Source: Eledone cirrhosa (taxonomy: Eukaryota). From it: a stretch of DNA of 64,000 nt. A program made the position numbers and the translations under genes. The notes beneath the pieces are model-generated. The model had not been told where the DNA came from. It saw only the letters and a list, made by a program, of their open reading frames with translations, and ran no database searches. Positions within the stretch are counted from its first letter, which is position 1. Each line of letters starts with the position of its first letter. Positions 28,151-44,033 of this stretch are shown piece after piece. Location: positions 52,204,001 through 52,268,000 of the forward strand of contig OZ024740.1 of assembly GCA_964016885.1 (NCBI GenBank), in the 5' to 3' direction.

Positions 28151-28393
28151 TTACAATCAGCCAGGTTCACACTCAATGAAAACGAGCATTTCCAACCGAT
28201 TTATTTCTATTTCCGACATGCAAATGAACATCTGCAGTATATGTTCATCACGCAAAATTCTATATAGACTTTAGTCTATTTCCATATCAGTACCAATTGC
28301 ATGAGTCAGACTGATCAAAACTTAACAAATTCTTGAAACACCGCTGCCTGTCGTTCTTGACCGTACAAACAAAGAAAAGTAGAGAAAAATGTG

Positions 28394-28497
<104 letters not shown>

Positions 28498-28629
28498 AGT
28501 AGAAGGGGTATTAAATTTGTTGGAAGTCCGACAAATATAAATGTTTATAACTGATTTAGAGCACTCAACATTTTACTGGAGTAAATATTCAATGATATTA
28601 AATAAATGGAAACTATATTATATATATAT

Positions 28630-29068
28630 ATAAATTAATAAAATAATGAATAAACAAAGAAACAGTTCCTTATATTAAAAAGTTTCATCATTTTACGATC
28701 GTTTCTAGGATATATATGTGTTAGAGTTGTTATGCATATTCTATAGATCTATGTACAATATTTATACAAACTATCAGAGGGAATATACATACCTACATAT
28801 ACATACCTACATATACATACCTACATATATATATGCTGTCTTCAGAAATATTATATAAACGATCGTAAAATGATGAATTTTTTTTAATATAAGGAACTGT
28901 TTCTTTGTTTATTCATTATTTATTAATTTATCTTGACTCTGTTTTCCATTTATTTTTCACCGAAAGTAGTTTTTGAATGCATCTTCTCTTTTCATGATAT
29001 CCGGATTACATTGAGTTCTTCATACGGATTGGACACTACCGTAAACTTTTGGTAAATTTATCTACATT
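28630..29068. mobile_element. Family D foldback element with tail
   Basis: IR 28630-28704/28857-28931, tail to 29068; homologous to 42446-43005; preceded by a PLE-3-like terminal fragment at 28495-28620. Confidence 0.75.
28689..28850 (-). ncRNA. Family D hammerhead with very long helix II
   Basis: tattt-CTGAAGA-[~130 nt]-GAAAC-GATC-GT-A-aaatg. Confidence 0.6.
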
Positions 29069-29100
29069 ATATATATATATAAATAAATATATATATATAT

Positions 29101-29569
29101 AATAAATGTAATCTGAGATTTTCGAATATTAATAGTAACATTCGATTCGTTTGCAATTATGCAAACAAGCCTCAATTTTATAGCCATGTCAGTAGAATGA
29201 ACCCTTCATTCTTGCTTTTGCAGTTCTGTTCACATGCCAACACAAGAGCGAGAATGAAGGGTTCATTCTACTGACATAGCTATAGAATTGAGGCTTGTTT
29301 GCATAATTGCAAACGAATCGAATATTATTGGCAGTATCGGTAGAGGGTCTGACGCCATGCTTTGCAGCAAAGAGTTACGGCCCTTTATGGTCTGAGTTCA
29401 AATCCCGCCGAGGTTAACTTTGCCTTTCATCCTTACGGGGTCGATAAAATAAAGTACCAGTAATACACTGGGATAATTGCTGGCCTTGTGCCAAAAGTAG
29501 AAAATATTATTAATATTCGAAAAACTCAGATTACAGTTATTGTATTCAGCCATGTAGAGCGAACATTTT

Positions 29570-29572
<3 letters not shown>
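29101..29572. mobile_element. Foldback element with a SINE inserted in the right arm
   Basis: IR 29105-29220/29243-29327 resuming at 29508-29535; tail to ~29572. Confidence 0.75.
29328..29508 (+). mobile_element. tRNA-derived SINE
   Basis: Close match to 7849-8043 including B box GAGTTCAAATCC. Confidence 0.85.
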
Positions 29573-29629
<57 letters not shown>

Positions 29630-29639
<10 letters not shown>

Positions 29640-29924
29640 TTACAACAGTGACATAAACAGGTACTCAAGTTTCGTTGGATTCTGGGCCCCATTTTCTTCA
29701 GCCTGTTATAAGAAAAATAAAAAACGGTTTTTTATTTTTTTTTTATTATTATTTTTTTATTTTTATTTTTATTTTTATTTCTCGACAGGCTGAAACAATT
29801 GGGGCCCAGAATCCAACGAAACTTGAGTACCTGTTTACTTCACTGTTGTAATTATTTATACTAAGCTCGTCCTATGGCCTGAGTGCTCTTACTCTTGGAT
29901 ATTTCCACTTAACTTTTATTCCAC

Positions 29925-29925
<1 letters not shown>
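29630..29925. mobile_element. Foldback mini-element made of two inverted hammerhead copies plus tail
   Basis: IR 29630-29706/29785-29860; tail 29861-29925; (TA)n flanks. Confidence 0.75.
29657..29706 (-). ncRNA. Type-I hammerhead motif
   Basis: acagg-CTGAAGA-aaa-tgg...cca-ac-GAAAC-TTGA-GT-A-cctgt; plus-strand twin at 29785-29834 has a mutated core (CTGAAAC). Confidence 0.65.
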
Positions 29926-29964
<39 letters not shown>

Positions 29965-31139
29965 CGCGCGCGCGTACGCACCACCAAATACATATAAAAA
30001 TTTATAAAAATACTCATCGCTAGAACAGCCGTTTGTTGAAACAGTCATATGCTGTCAAAGACAGTTATGGGCAAAAATGCCTCAAGGAACCGAGACCAGC
30101 AGCCATCTGCTTGTCATCCACCTTGTGGATTGGATTGTCTCTCTGTTGACCACTGGCTCCTGGCCTCCCTCGTCAGAGGCACTTTTTCCATCGCTGTCTT
30201 TGACAACATTTAGCTGTTTTAACGGCTGTTCTCGGGATGAGTTTTCTCATGTTTATATGTATTTAAATACACCCTCCCTTCGTCTCGTTAAGAGCCAACA
30301 ATGTTTCTCATATATGTATATATATATATTGTGTTTCATTCTTTCAGCTGGATAGTCATTAAATTTATAGTTTCTACTATAGGCACAGAGCGAGCTTTTT
30401 AAGGGAGTGGGTGTCGATTAATTCGCTTTCATTACTTGACTGGTACTTCATTTTATCGACCCCGGTATGATGAAAGGCAAATAACGTAAAGAGCCGGAAA
30501 AATACTGCTACGCATTTGCACGATGCTCTAACGACTCTGCTTATCAACCACCCTGTTAGTTATTGAATTTATCATTACACATATACATTGCTCTTTGCTA
30601 AGCCTATCCTAAATAGTTTTTTACTATAGAATCCTTAATATACCAAATGAATTATTCAATATTTTGTGTTCATAATATATAATTTTTTGATATTTTATAT
30701 TCTGTATTACTCAAAAATCTGGGAAAAATACTTTTTAATTTCTAATCTATCTAAGTTTTCTGCCCCACTGTAATTAAATTTTTAACCTTAATCTAATAAT
30801 CTATCCGGATCGACCCATTTGTGCACTCATATTAAATATAACTTTATTCCTTTTGGGCTTGTTTTTCACTAGGTCATTCTTTATCTTTCTACGACGTCTG
30901 ACAATGTACGGTATTAAGATCATATTTAGCAATGTTCAATATATACGATTTTGTTTCTTTGTTTACTATATTGACTTAGCTTAAGTTTGGGTTTAATTAT
31001 TCGTATTGAAACATTTGTAAGGTATTAAATGATTTAAGAAATCTATTCTATGATCTCTATTATTATTTATTAGTTCAATAAATAAAGCAAAACAAACACA
31101 AGGATCCAAATATACATTCTTATTTGAGTCACGTCATGT

Positions 31140-31243
<104 letters not shown>

Positions 31244-31361
31244 TGTGTGTGTATACACACACACATAAACATATCTGAATGTATTAAAAACAAATATATA
31301 TGTACCCACTATATATATATATACACACACACACACACAAACATATATATACACATACATA

Positions 31362-33739
<2,378 letters not shown>

Positions 33740-33860
33740 AATATATATAACAAAGGAATTGTGGTAAGGAACCAGATGGACCATAACGCACCGGAGTAAT
33801 CAATACTTAGGGTAGTACAGTGGGAAATAGGAAAAAGTTTTTTTCCTATATATATATATA

Positions 33861-35196
33861 TATAGCTCTGATTCATCTGAATTATTGAGCCCTCTGCCGC
33901 TCATATCGAATTTCGTTTATCGTGAACTCGTGCGCCGATTTTTCGATACTCGATCTTTCTAATATATTTAGCTCTGGACATAGCTATCCACCAGTTAATT
34001 TTATTGCTCATTTTTTGTCGATTCTATTGAGTGATGAATAGCTTTTGTTTTATTTTAACATGTCTATTGAGCACTCTAATTCGATATGTGTATTTCCACA
34101 TTCACTCGAATTGTTTTCGCGGATATAGGGGTCATCTCCCTTGTCTAATGCCATGTGCGTTTTTCACTGGTAGTTGGCTCCTCTGCCGCCAGGAAAAAAC
34201 TCGTTGAGAAAGTAAACCTCCGTTCCGCTTACTCTAGTAGGCTTTTATATTTATATGTGAGCTGATAGAGTACAGTCTAAGGATTTACAGAAACCCATGA
34301 AGCTAGATTTAACACCTGTCTAGTGGGTCCGGGTATGATTTTACATTCATTTAAATTATTGACGTATTGTTTTATTGATATTTTTTATCTGTTTGGCCCG
34401 AATCTTCCTCTATCGATTTTAAATCGTATGGTTGATTGTAGACTTGTTCTATATGTGACGGTATTTTAACGATAGTTATAGCTCTGATTCATCTGAATTA
34501 TTGAGCCCTCTGCCGCTCATATCGAATTTCGTTTATCGTGAACTCGTGCGCCGATTTTTCGATACTCGATCTTTCTAATATATTTAGCTCTGGACATAGC
34601 TATCCACCAGTTAATTTTATTGCTCATTTTTTGTCGATTCTATTGAGTGATGAATAGCTTTTGTTTTATTTTAACATGTCTATTGAGCACTCTAATTCGA
34701 TATGTGTATTTCCACATTCACTCGAATTGTTTTCGCGGATATAGGGGTCATCTCCCTTGTCTAATGCCATGTGCGTTTTTCACTGGTAGTTGGCTCCTCT
34801 GCCGCCAGGAAAAAACTCGTTGAGAAAGTAAACCTCCGTTCCGCTTACTCTAGTAGGCTTTTATATTTATATGTGAGCTGATAGAGTACAGTCTAAGGAT
34901 TTACAGAAACCCATGAAGCTAGATTTAACACCTGTCTAGTGGGACCGGGTATGATTTTACATTCATTTAAATTATTGACGTATTGTTTTATTGATATTTT
35001 TTATCTGTTTGGCCCGAATCTTCCTCTATCGATTTTAAATCGTATGGTTGATTGTAGACTTGTTCTATATGTGACGGTATTTTAACGATAGTTATAGCTC
35101 TGATTCATCTGAATTATTGAGCCCTCTGCCGCTCATATCGAATTTCGATTATCGTGAACTCGTGCGCCGATTTTTCGATACTCGATCTTTCTAATA
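33861..35196 (+). mobile_element. Family C non-coding tandem element (616-bp unit x ~2.15)
   Basis: Unit starts at 33865, 34481 and 35097; near-identical units; (TA)n flanks; orientation assigned from the fixed end. Confidence 0.85.
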
Positions 35197-35574
35197 TATA
35201 TATATATATATATGGAAAAGAATGAAACGAAATTTCATTTCTCACTCTTAGTACGGCTGGTACTTAAATGTAAGTATGTATGTATACGTACATACATATA
35301 TGTATACAGACGTACAGTAGTATGTATATATATACATACATGCACACATATATATATATGTACGTGTGGGTTTACCGAACATTTATTATAATGCTCGGTT
35401 TGTTTGTAAACAAACAGCCCGAATTACGCCGTACAGTGTTCAGGCAACCATCATCACCTGGTTGAACATTTGAAAATATATACTTTCCTTATGCATATTA
35501 ACGGTTGAGCAGCCTAATTTGCATATCGAATGAGTTAGTCGTCCAGACGTTCAACCATCTGACAGAAAGGTATA

Positions 35575-35615
35575 CGATGCTGACGATAGCTAATAAGCTT
35601 GAAACTAGTACATCG
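35575..35615 (+). ncRNA. Family B hammerhead
   Basis: Identical to 17103-17143. Confidence 0.85.
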
Positions 35616-36010
35616 TTCCTGTGTCAGTGTTGAACAAAAAGGTGACGATGGTTGCCTGAACACTGTACGGCGTAATTCGGGCTGTTTGTTTACAAACAAA
35701 CCGAGCATTATAATAAATGTTCGGTAAACCCATACGTACATATATATATGTGTGTGCATGTATGTATATATATACATACTACTGTACGTCTGTATACATA
35801 TATGTATTTACGTATACATACGTACTTACATTTAAGTACCAGCCGTACTAAGAGTGAGAAATGAAATTTCGTTTCATTCTTTTCCATTTATCGTTTTCGG
35901 TGCGCCCGGCCGACTAACTCACTCGATATGCAAATTAGGCTGCTCAGCCGTTAACATGCATAAGGAAAGTATATACTTTCAGACGTTCAATCATCTGACA
36001 GGAAGGTATA

Positions 36011-36051
36011 CGATGCTGACGATAGCTAATAAGCTTGAAACTAGTACATCG
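36011..36051 (+). ncRNA. Family B hammerhead (tandem partner, 436 nt downstream)
   Basis: Identical to 17103-17143. Confidence 0.85.
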
Positions 36052-36263
36052 TTCCTTTGTCAGTGTTGAACAAAAAGGTGACGATGGTTGCCTGAACACT
36101 GTACGGCGTAATTCGGGCTGTTTGTTTACAAACAAACCGAGCATTATAGGAAATGTTCGGTAAGCCCATACGTACATATATATATGTGTGCATGTATGTA
36201 TATATATACATACTACTGTATGTCAGTATACATATATGAATGTACGTATACATACTTATTTAC

Positions 36264-36326
<63 letters not shown>

Positions 36327-36331
<5 letters not shown>

Positions 36332-36592
36332 TGTATATATAGTGTATTTTGCAATACACTGTATGCTTAATAAAAAGCATTTTGAAGACCTTATGCTATT
36401 GTTTTAGAGTAGTGACAGACTCACTTACTTTAATTTCAGGAAACAGGGGGAGGTAAAGTTTTATCTCCCTCTGTTTGCTGAAATTAAAGTAAGTGAGTCT
36501 GTCACTACTCTAAAACAATAGCATAAGGTCTTCAAAATGCTTTTTATTAAGCATACAGTGTATTGCAAAATACACTATATATATACATTCAT
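36327..36592. repeat. Near-perfect ~130-bp-arm palindrome in (TA)n
   Basis: Arms reverse-complementary about a centre at ~36459 with few mismatches. Confidence 0.9.
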
Positions 36593-36792
36593 ATATATAT
36601 ATATAGCTATTTCAGAGCAACAATTCTAATATATATATATATTGATAGTCTTCAGTACTGGGATTGGGAAATCATAAAGAGATAACTAGCCAAAACACAG
36701 AGCTCACGGTAGATCCTCTACGTCCACTAATATATATATATATATACGATATTAATAAATGGAAACTATATTTATAAAACCATATTTATTTC

Positions 36793-36850
36793 ATTATATA
36801 TATTTCAAGGATACCAAGTTAAATTATGGTATGCCTTCATCAGACAAAAT
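36793..36850 (-). ncRNA. Hammerhead-like motif in PLE-3 pseudo-LTR
   Basis: CTGATGA-agg-c-atacca...tggtat-cct-t-GAAA-TATA-TA; twin at 42381-42437(+), diverged relative at 56834-56892(+); helix I register imperfect. Confidence 0.6.
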
Positions 36851-38319
36851 ACAATATATAGCAGTTTTATAAATAGACATTGACGTACCCTTTTAAAAAG
36901 TGACCGTTATTTTTGGAGGCCATCAGGATAGTGGTTTGTTTACTTTAGTAAGTCATAGTGTTAAGAGTAAGTAAAAAGATGGCGAGAGAGAGAGAAACGT
37001 GGAGAAAAGAAAGGGAGAGATAGATAAAGAAAAAGAAAAAGAAGAAAGCAAAAAGAAAAGAGAACAGAGGAAAATAACGGGGAGATATCAAACCATCAGA
37101 CAGATTAAAAAAAACTCAAGAGAGATATATAGAGATAGAGAGAAGGGGGAGAGAACGAAAACCTTAAGTTATATCATATTAAGTTGAGTTAACAATTGAG
37201 ATGAAATGAATAAATAAAATTAGAAATATTAATATTCATGAATGGAATATAGATATATAATATGAGAAATTACACATTGTTTAATTATGATTAGATATTT
37301 AGTTTAAAAATTGAGATCAATATATTAAAAATTAGAATTTAAACATTATAAAATATATATATTGCTAGAGAAATTACCTATCGTATATCACATACACATA
37401 GGCAAAGGTACATAAATATATATATATACACACTCACTCAGAAAATACACACTATATCTACTCCCGCAAATAATATATACATACAAAGCATAAGTGATTT
37501 TTTATTTATTGCTATACATTCCTTGTGTTATTAATTGAAAATTTTTAGTATATATATATAAATATATAGGATTAACCTTCATGCATTTATGGCTGTTATA
37601 ATCATAAAAAAGCATATAACACATGTATATGTATGTCAATACACATATATAGATACATAAGCCGCATATAGACATAATTATACATCAATATACAACATAG
37701 TACAATTGAGTATATAAAATACAAAAGGATTATATTTTGGAAATATAATTATATCAATATAACTTAAAAGGCAAACGAATTCTACAAATATCAAAATACT
37801 AAAATATCCCAAAATATTATAGAATATTTTAAGTTAAAATAATATGTTTAATATATTTAGTATAGAAATTTATCTTACGTATATTTTAATCAAGATATTG
37901 AAAGGACAAACTTTTGAAAGTTATAAGAAGCTATCAGAATAAAAATAAATCTAATAAAAAAAATAAAAAGATAAAATAAAATATTATATCAATATAACTT
38001 AAAAAACAAGGATTCTACAGATATCAAAATATTAAAAAATTTAAAATATATAAAATTAAAAAAAATTTTTTAAAATTTTAAAATATTATAGAATATTTTA
38101 AGCTAAAATAATATGTTTAGTATAGAAATTTATCTTACGTATATTTTATTCAAGATATTGAAAGGATAAACTTTTCTAGAATAGTTTATTATATTTATAA
38201 TTATATTTATGAAGAAAATTTATACTTGGGTACTTAACCAAAGAAAATGAAAAAGGTGAAGGAATCTAATGATTTATCGACAGGTTTCATATATTAACTA
38301 AATTACTTAATTAATTAAA

Positions 38320-40200
38320 CTACATTTTAAATTTATATTTATATTTAAACGTTGAGTTCAATCTATGTCTGCAGCAACTGAATAAATTATTCCTTAAATT
38401 AAGGGAATTTTTGGTCTTTAATATAAAAAATATTTCCTCTATACAAAGATCACAATTTTCTGAAGAGGAATTAAAAGGAGTAGCTTATGAAATAATATTC
38501 CAAATCAGCGAATATTCAACATTATCTCGTTTTAGGTCCCATAATAGGCTAGATAGCGAAGTTGAAGATTTTTTGTTTGGATCTGTAAAAGAATTTTTAT
38601 GATTATTGAAGCGGGATTTAAATTCTGTAGAGGTCGAACCGACATAATTAAATGAATTTAAATTAGTTTTAACATTACAATTATAAACTACATTTTTAGC
38701 TAAGCAGTTGTTATTTAACGGACAGTTGGATTTATTTCTACAGTTATAGTTATTCGATTGAATATTGTTTGGGTTATTATTGGTATTTTGGTTAGGTTTT
38801 AAATTTCTATTATTAATTCTATTAATATTTTGCGCTAAATTTTTGGTGGAAGAGTAAGTTCATTTTATAGTATGTCTATTAAAAATTGAATAATATTTAT
38901 GTGTTCTAGGGAACCGTTTGTCAAGAGCTTTAAAGAATAGTTTAGCAATAGGGGTTTTAATATTTAGTGAGAAAGGAGGAGCGAACCATAATATATTCCT
39001 AGTTCTATTTCTTTTTCGGCTTTCGGAGTTATTGTAATATTTTCTATTATAGTTGTTGAAATTGTTACCATAATTAAAGTTCTTATTATTTTGGTTATTT
39101 TGTATATTATTATTATTATCGATGTATTTAATTTTATTTCTATACCCAGCTATACCTAACGCTTCGTTGTAATAATGCACTTTTTCATCAAATATATTCT
39201 TATTAGATGAAATTCTTGAAATTCGTTCTTGAACAGAGTTCACTATAGTATTTTTAGCGGATCTGGGGTGATTAGAGTTAAAATTGACATAATTTAAGTT
39301 CTCATTTAGTTTGTGAAATGGATAATGAAGACATGTGTTGAGATTTAGTGTTACATCTAGAAAATTGACTATTTTATGGTTATTCTCTATTTCTACTTTT
39401 AGATTAAGGTAATTAAAAAATTGTATAATTTGTTTTCTTTTTCTATTTAGTTCACAGCTATTATTTTCTATAAGTAAAAGCATGTCGTCACGATATAAGC
39501 CTCCGGTTACACCTGGTATTTTTCTATGTAGAGAATTAATTATAAATAGGCCCACAAGGTCCGTTACCTGAGCTGAGTCTGAAGATCCCATAGTTATGTC
39601 GAAATTATTATTTCTATCTGCCCTAGTCCAGAGTTAGTTATTAAATTCTATTAATGTTTTCCGTGCCGATAATATAATATGCATTTCATTGCTAGTTAGG
39701 TCTGTATGTTTAAATGCGTAAGTTAGTGCCTTATTCAGTAGATTAGGAGTGATAGATGAGTAGTAGTTAGCAATATCCAACTGAATAAACTTATTATTAT
39801 AGTTATATTTAATTTCTTTAAACCAATCGATAACCTCACTAGTCCCTTTCCATAATTTTAAGTAAGATAAATTAGGTAAATTCTTAATTTGTTGTATTAT
39901 TCTGTCTAGAATATTTTTGCTAAGTCTGCTCAGGTCAGATTTAGATGGTGCAATTAATCTGACTGGTAAATCATTTTCAAAGTTTCTTTTATGATCCTTC
40001 ATATTGATCTTAAGTTTCCTTGGCATGAAGGGTTGTGTTTTAGTTTCAATGTCTAGTTCATGCATTATACAAGAGGCATCTGTATTCAGTTTTTCAAGTT
40101 CGTCCTTATTTGCTACTTTATATTTCTTCCTTAGTTCCTTCAATATAAGGTCGTTATAAATGTCCTTTTGTATTCCGTAAAGATTATTAATTTTGTCCGA
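38320..40200 (-). pseudogene. PLE-3 RT plus GIY-YIG with three in-frame stops
   Basis: KDHKRNF, PVRLIAPSKS, QLDIANYY, FDITMGS, GLYRDD, NFLDV, WFAPPFS, CRNKSNCPL..C..NVVY..YVGST, CDLC; stops at 39634, 38860, 38485. Confidence 0.88.
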
Positions 40201-42445
40201 TTGTCCCTATTGCTAAACTATTCTTTAAAGCTCTTGACAAACGGTTCCCTAGAACACATAAATATTATTCAATTTTTAATAGACATACTATAAAATGAAC
40301 TTACTCTTCCACCAAAAATTTAGCGCAAAATATTAATAGAATTAATAATAGAAATTTAAAACCTAACCAAAATACCAATAATAACCCAAACAATATTCAA
40401 TCGAATAACTATAACTGTAGAAATAAATCCAACTGTCCGTTAAATAACAACTGCTTAGCTAAAAATGTAGTTTATAATTGTAATGTTAAAACTAATTTAA
40501 ATTCATTTAATTATGTCGGTTCGACCTCTACAGAATTTAAATCCCGCTTCAATAATCATAAAAATTCTTTTACAGATCCAAACAAAAAATCTTCAACTTC
40601 GCTATCTAGCCTATTATGGGACCTAAAACGAGATAATGTTGAATATTCGCTGATTTGGAATATTATTTCATAAGCTACTCCTTTTAATTCCTCTTCAGAA
40701 AATTGTGATCTTTGTATAGAGGAAATATTTTTTATATTAAAGACCAAAAATTCCCTTAATTTAAGGAATAATTTATTCAGTTGCTGCAGACATAGATTGA
40801 ACTCAACGTTTAAATATAAATATAAATTTAAAATGTAGTTTAATTAATTAAGTAATTTAGTTAATATATGAAACCTGTCGATAAATCATTAGATTCCTTC
40901 ACCTTTTTCATTTTCTTTGGTTAAGTACCCAAGTATAAATTTTCTTCATAAATATAATTATAAATATAATAAACTATTCTAGAAAAGTTTATCCTTTCAA
41001 TATCTTGAATAAAATATACGTAAGATAAATTTCTATACTAAACATATTATTTTAGCTTAAAATATACTATAATATTTTAAAATTTAAAAAAAATTTTTTA
41101 AATTTTATATATTTTAAATTTTTTAATATTTTGATATCTGTAGAATCCTTGTATTTTAAGTTATATTGATATAATATTTTATTTTATTTTTTTATTTTTA
41201 TTAGATTCTTTTTATTTTTTTATTAGATTCATTTTATTGTTTTATTAGATTTGTTTTTATTCTGATAGCTTCTTATAATTTTTTTATTAGATTTATTTTT
41301 ATTCTGATAGCTTCTCATAATTTTAAAAATTTGTCCTTTCAATATCTTGATTAAAATATACGTAAGATAAATTTCTATACTAAATATATTAAACATATTT
41401 TAACTTAAAATATTCTATAATATTTTGGGATATTTTAGTATTTTGATATTTGTAGAATTCGTTTGCCTTTTAAGTTATATTGATATAATTATATTTCCAA
41501 AATATAATCCTTTTGTATTTTATATACTCAATTGTACTATGTTGTATATTGATGTATACTTATGTCTATATGCGGCTTATGTATCTATATATGTGTATTG
41601 ACATACATATACATGTGTTATACGCTTTTTTATGATTATAACAGCCATAAATGCATGAAAGTTAATCCTATATATTTATATATATATACTAAAAATTTTC
41701 AATTAATAACACAAGGAATGTATAGCAATAAATAAAAAATCACTTATGCTTTGTATGTATATATTATATGCGGGAGTAGATATAGTGTGTATTTTCTGAG
41801 TAAGTGTGTATATATATATATATTTATGTACCTTTGCCTATGTATATGTGATATACGATAGGTAATTTCTCTAGCAATATATATATTTTATAATGTTTAA
41901 ATTCTAATTTTTAATATATTGATCTCAATTTTTAAACTAAATATCTAATCATAATTAAACAATGTGTAATTTCTAATATTATATATCTATATTCCATTCA
42001 TGAATATTAATATTTCTAATTTTATTTATTCATTTCATCTCAATTGTTAACTCAACTTAATATGACATAACTTAAGGTTTTCGTTCCCCCCCTCTCTCTA
42101 TCTCTATATATCTCCCTCTTGAGTTTTTTTTTATCTGTCTGATGGTTTGATATCTCCCCGTTATTTTCCTCTGTTCTCTTTTCTTTTTGCTTTCTTCTTT
42201 TTCTTTTTCTATCTCTCCCTTTCTTTTCTCCACGTTTCTCTCTCTCTCCATCTTTTTACTTACTCTTAACACTATGACTTACTAAAGTAAACAAACCACT
42301 ATCCTGATGGCCTCCAAAAGCAACGGTCACTTTTTAAAAGGGTACGTCAATGTCTATTTATAAAACTGTTATATATTGTATTTTGTCTGATGAAGGCATA
42401 CCATAATTTAATTTGGTATCCTTGAAATATATATAATGAAATAAA

Positions 42446-43005
42446 ATATTAAAAAAATAATGAATAAAACAATGAAACAGTTCCTTATATTAAACAAAAA
42501 AAGTTCATTATTTAACGATCGTTTCCAGGATATATATGTGTTAGAATTGGCATGCATATTCAACAGATCTATGTACAAAATTATACAAAATTATACAAAC
42601 TATCAAAATTAAATATACATACCAAACACATATATATGCCGTCTTCAGAAATAAATATTATTTCTGAAGACGGCATATATATGTGTTTGGTATGTATATT
42701 TAATTTTGATAGTTTGTATAATTTTGTATAATTTTGTACATAGATCTGTTGAATATGCATGCCAATTCTAACACATATATATCCTAGAAACGATCGTTAA
42801 ATAATGAACTTTTTTTGTTTAATATAAGGAACTGTTTCATTGTTTTATTCATTATTTTTTTAATATTTTATCTTGACTCTGTATTCCGTTTATCTTTCAC
42901 CGAAAGTGATTTTTCATTGCATCTCTTCTTTCCATGATATCCGGATTACATTGAGTTCTTCATACGGATTGGACACTACCGTAAACTCTTGGTAGATTTA
43001 TCTAC
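42446..43005. mobile_element. Family D foldback nested in the PLE-3 right arm
   Basis: IR ~42441-42653/42657-42871 plus tail; flanked by 13-bp duplication ataatgaaataaa (42433-42445, 43006-43018). Confidence 0.8.
42659..42803 (+). ncRNA. Family D hammerhead with ~115-nt helix II insert
   Basis: tattt-CTGAAGA-c-ggcatatatatgtgtt...aacacatatatatcc-ta-GAAAC-GATC-GT-T-aaata; mirror copy 42509-42652(-). Confidence 0.7.
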
Positions 43006-43162
43006 ATAATGAAATAAATATAGTTTTATAAATATAGTTTCCATTTATTAATATCGTATATCTACTCCAAATATTTGTCGAGTGCTTTATATCAGTTATA
43101 AAAATATTTGCTTGTTGTATCCCAACAATTTAAATAGAACTTTTGCATATATATATATATAT

Positions 43163-44033
43163 CTAGATTTACCATCTTTCTAGTGGGTCCGGGTAAGCTT
43201 TTTACATTCACATGATTTATTGATTTATTGATATTTTATCTGAGTGACCCGAATCTTCCTGATCGTAATTTTTCGGTCGTATGGTTGATTTTAGACATAA
43301 TCTAAGTGTGTTGGTATTTTAACGATAGTTATAGCTCTGATTTATCTGAATTATTGAGCCCTCTGCCACTCATGTCGAATTTTGTTTATCGTGAACTCGT
43401 GCGCCGATTTTTCGATACTCGATTATTCTACTATATTTAGCTCTAGACTTAGCTATTGACCAGTTAATTTTATTGTTCATTTTTTGTCGATTCTATTAAA
43501 TGATGAATAGCTCCTGTTTATTTTAACATGTCTATTGAGCACTCTTATTCGATATGTGATTTTCCACATTCCCGAATATTTTTCGCGGATATAGAGGTTA
43601 TCTCCCTTGCTGGATTCCATGTGCGTTTTCAGCTAGGGTTGGCTTTTTTATTCGTCTGGACAAAGCTCGTTGATAAAGTATTTCCTGTCCGCCGCTCTCT
43701 AGAAGTCTTATATATTTTTATGTGGGCTGATAGTGGGCGGTTTAAGGATTTACAGAAACCCAAGAAGCTAGATTTACTATCTTTCTAGTGGGTCCGGGTA
43801 AGCTTTTTACATTCACATGATTTATTGATTTATTGATATTTTATCTGAGTGATCCGAATCTTCCTGATCGTAATTTTTCGGTCGTATGGTTGATTTTAGA
43901 CATAATCTATGTGTGTTGGTATTTTAACGATAGTTATAGCTCTGATTTATCTGAATTATTGAGCTCTCTGCCACTCATGTCGAATTTTGTTTATCGTGAA
44001 CTCGTGCGCCGATTTTTCGATACTCGATTATTC

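Larger units (their letters stand above)
35213..36265. mobile_element. Family B element: inverted arm plus 1.6 tandem units (period 436)
   Basis: Minus arm 35213-35540 lacks the HHR segment; plus-strand units from 35543. Confidence 0.85.
36745..43146 (-). mobile_element. Penelope-like element PLE-3 (Nematis-like) with 2.2-kb inverted arms
   Basis: 36745-38953 inverted against 40205-42445 (resuming 43006-43060), tail to 43146; (TA)n flanks. Confidence 0.9.

Noticed and set aside
29105-29327. A-to-G differences between foldback arms as a fossil of ADAR editing
   Set aside because: Transitions occur in both directions in similar small numbers; no bias demonstrable.
34170-34195. ggc-tcctct-gcc as an HDV-like P3/L3
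   Set aside because: Loop too short and not conserved in the 43.6-kb copy.
33861-35196. CRISPR-like or satellite array
   Set aside because: No repeat-spacer alternation; only ~2 long units in eukaryotic context.
38860-38862. In-frame TGA as selenocysteine, as reported for some N-terminal-EN PLEs
   Set aside because: It falls at what appears to be a hydrophobic, non-Cys position (TIK-x-TYS), and the same frame also has TAA stops.
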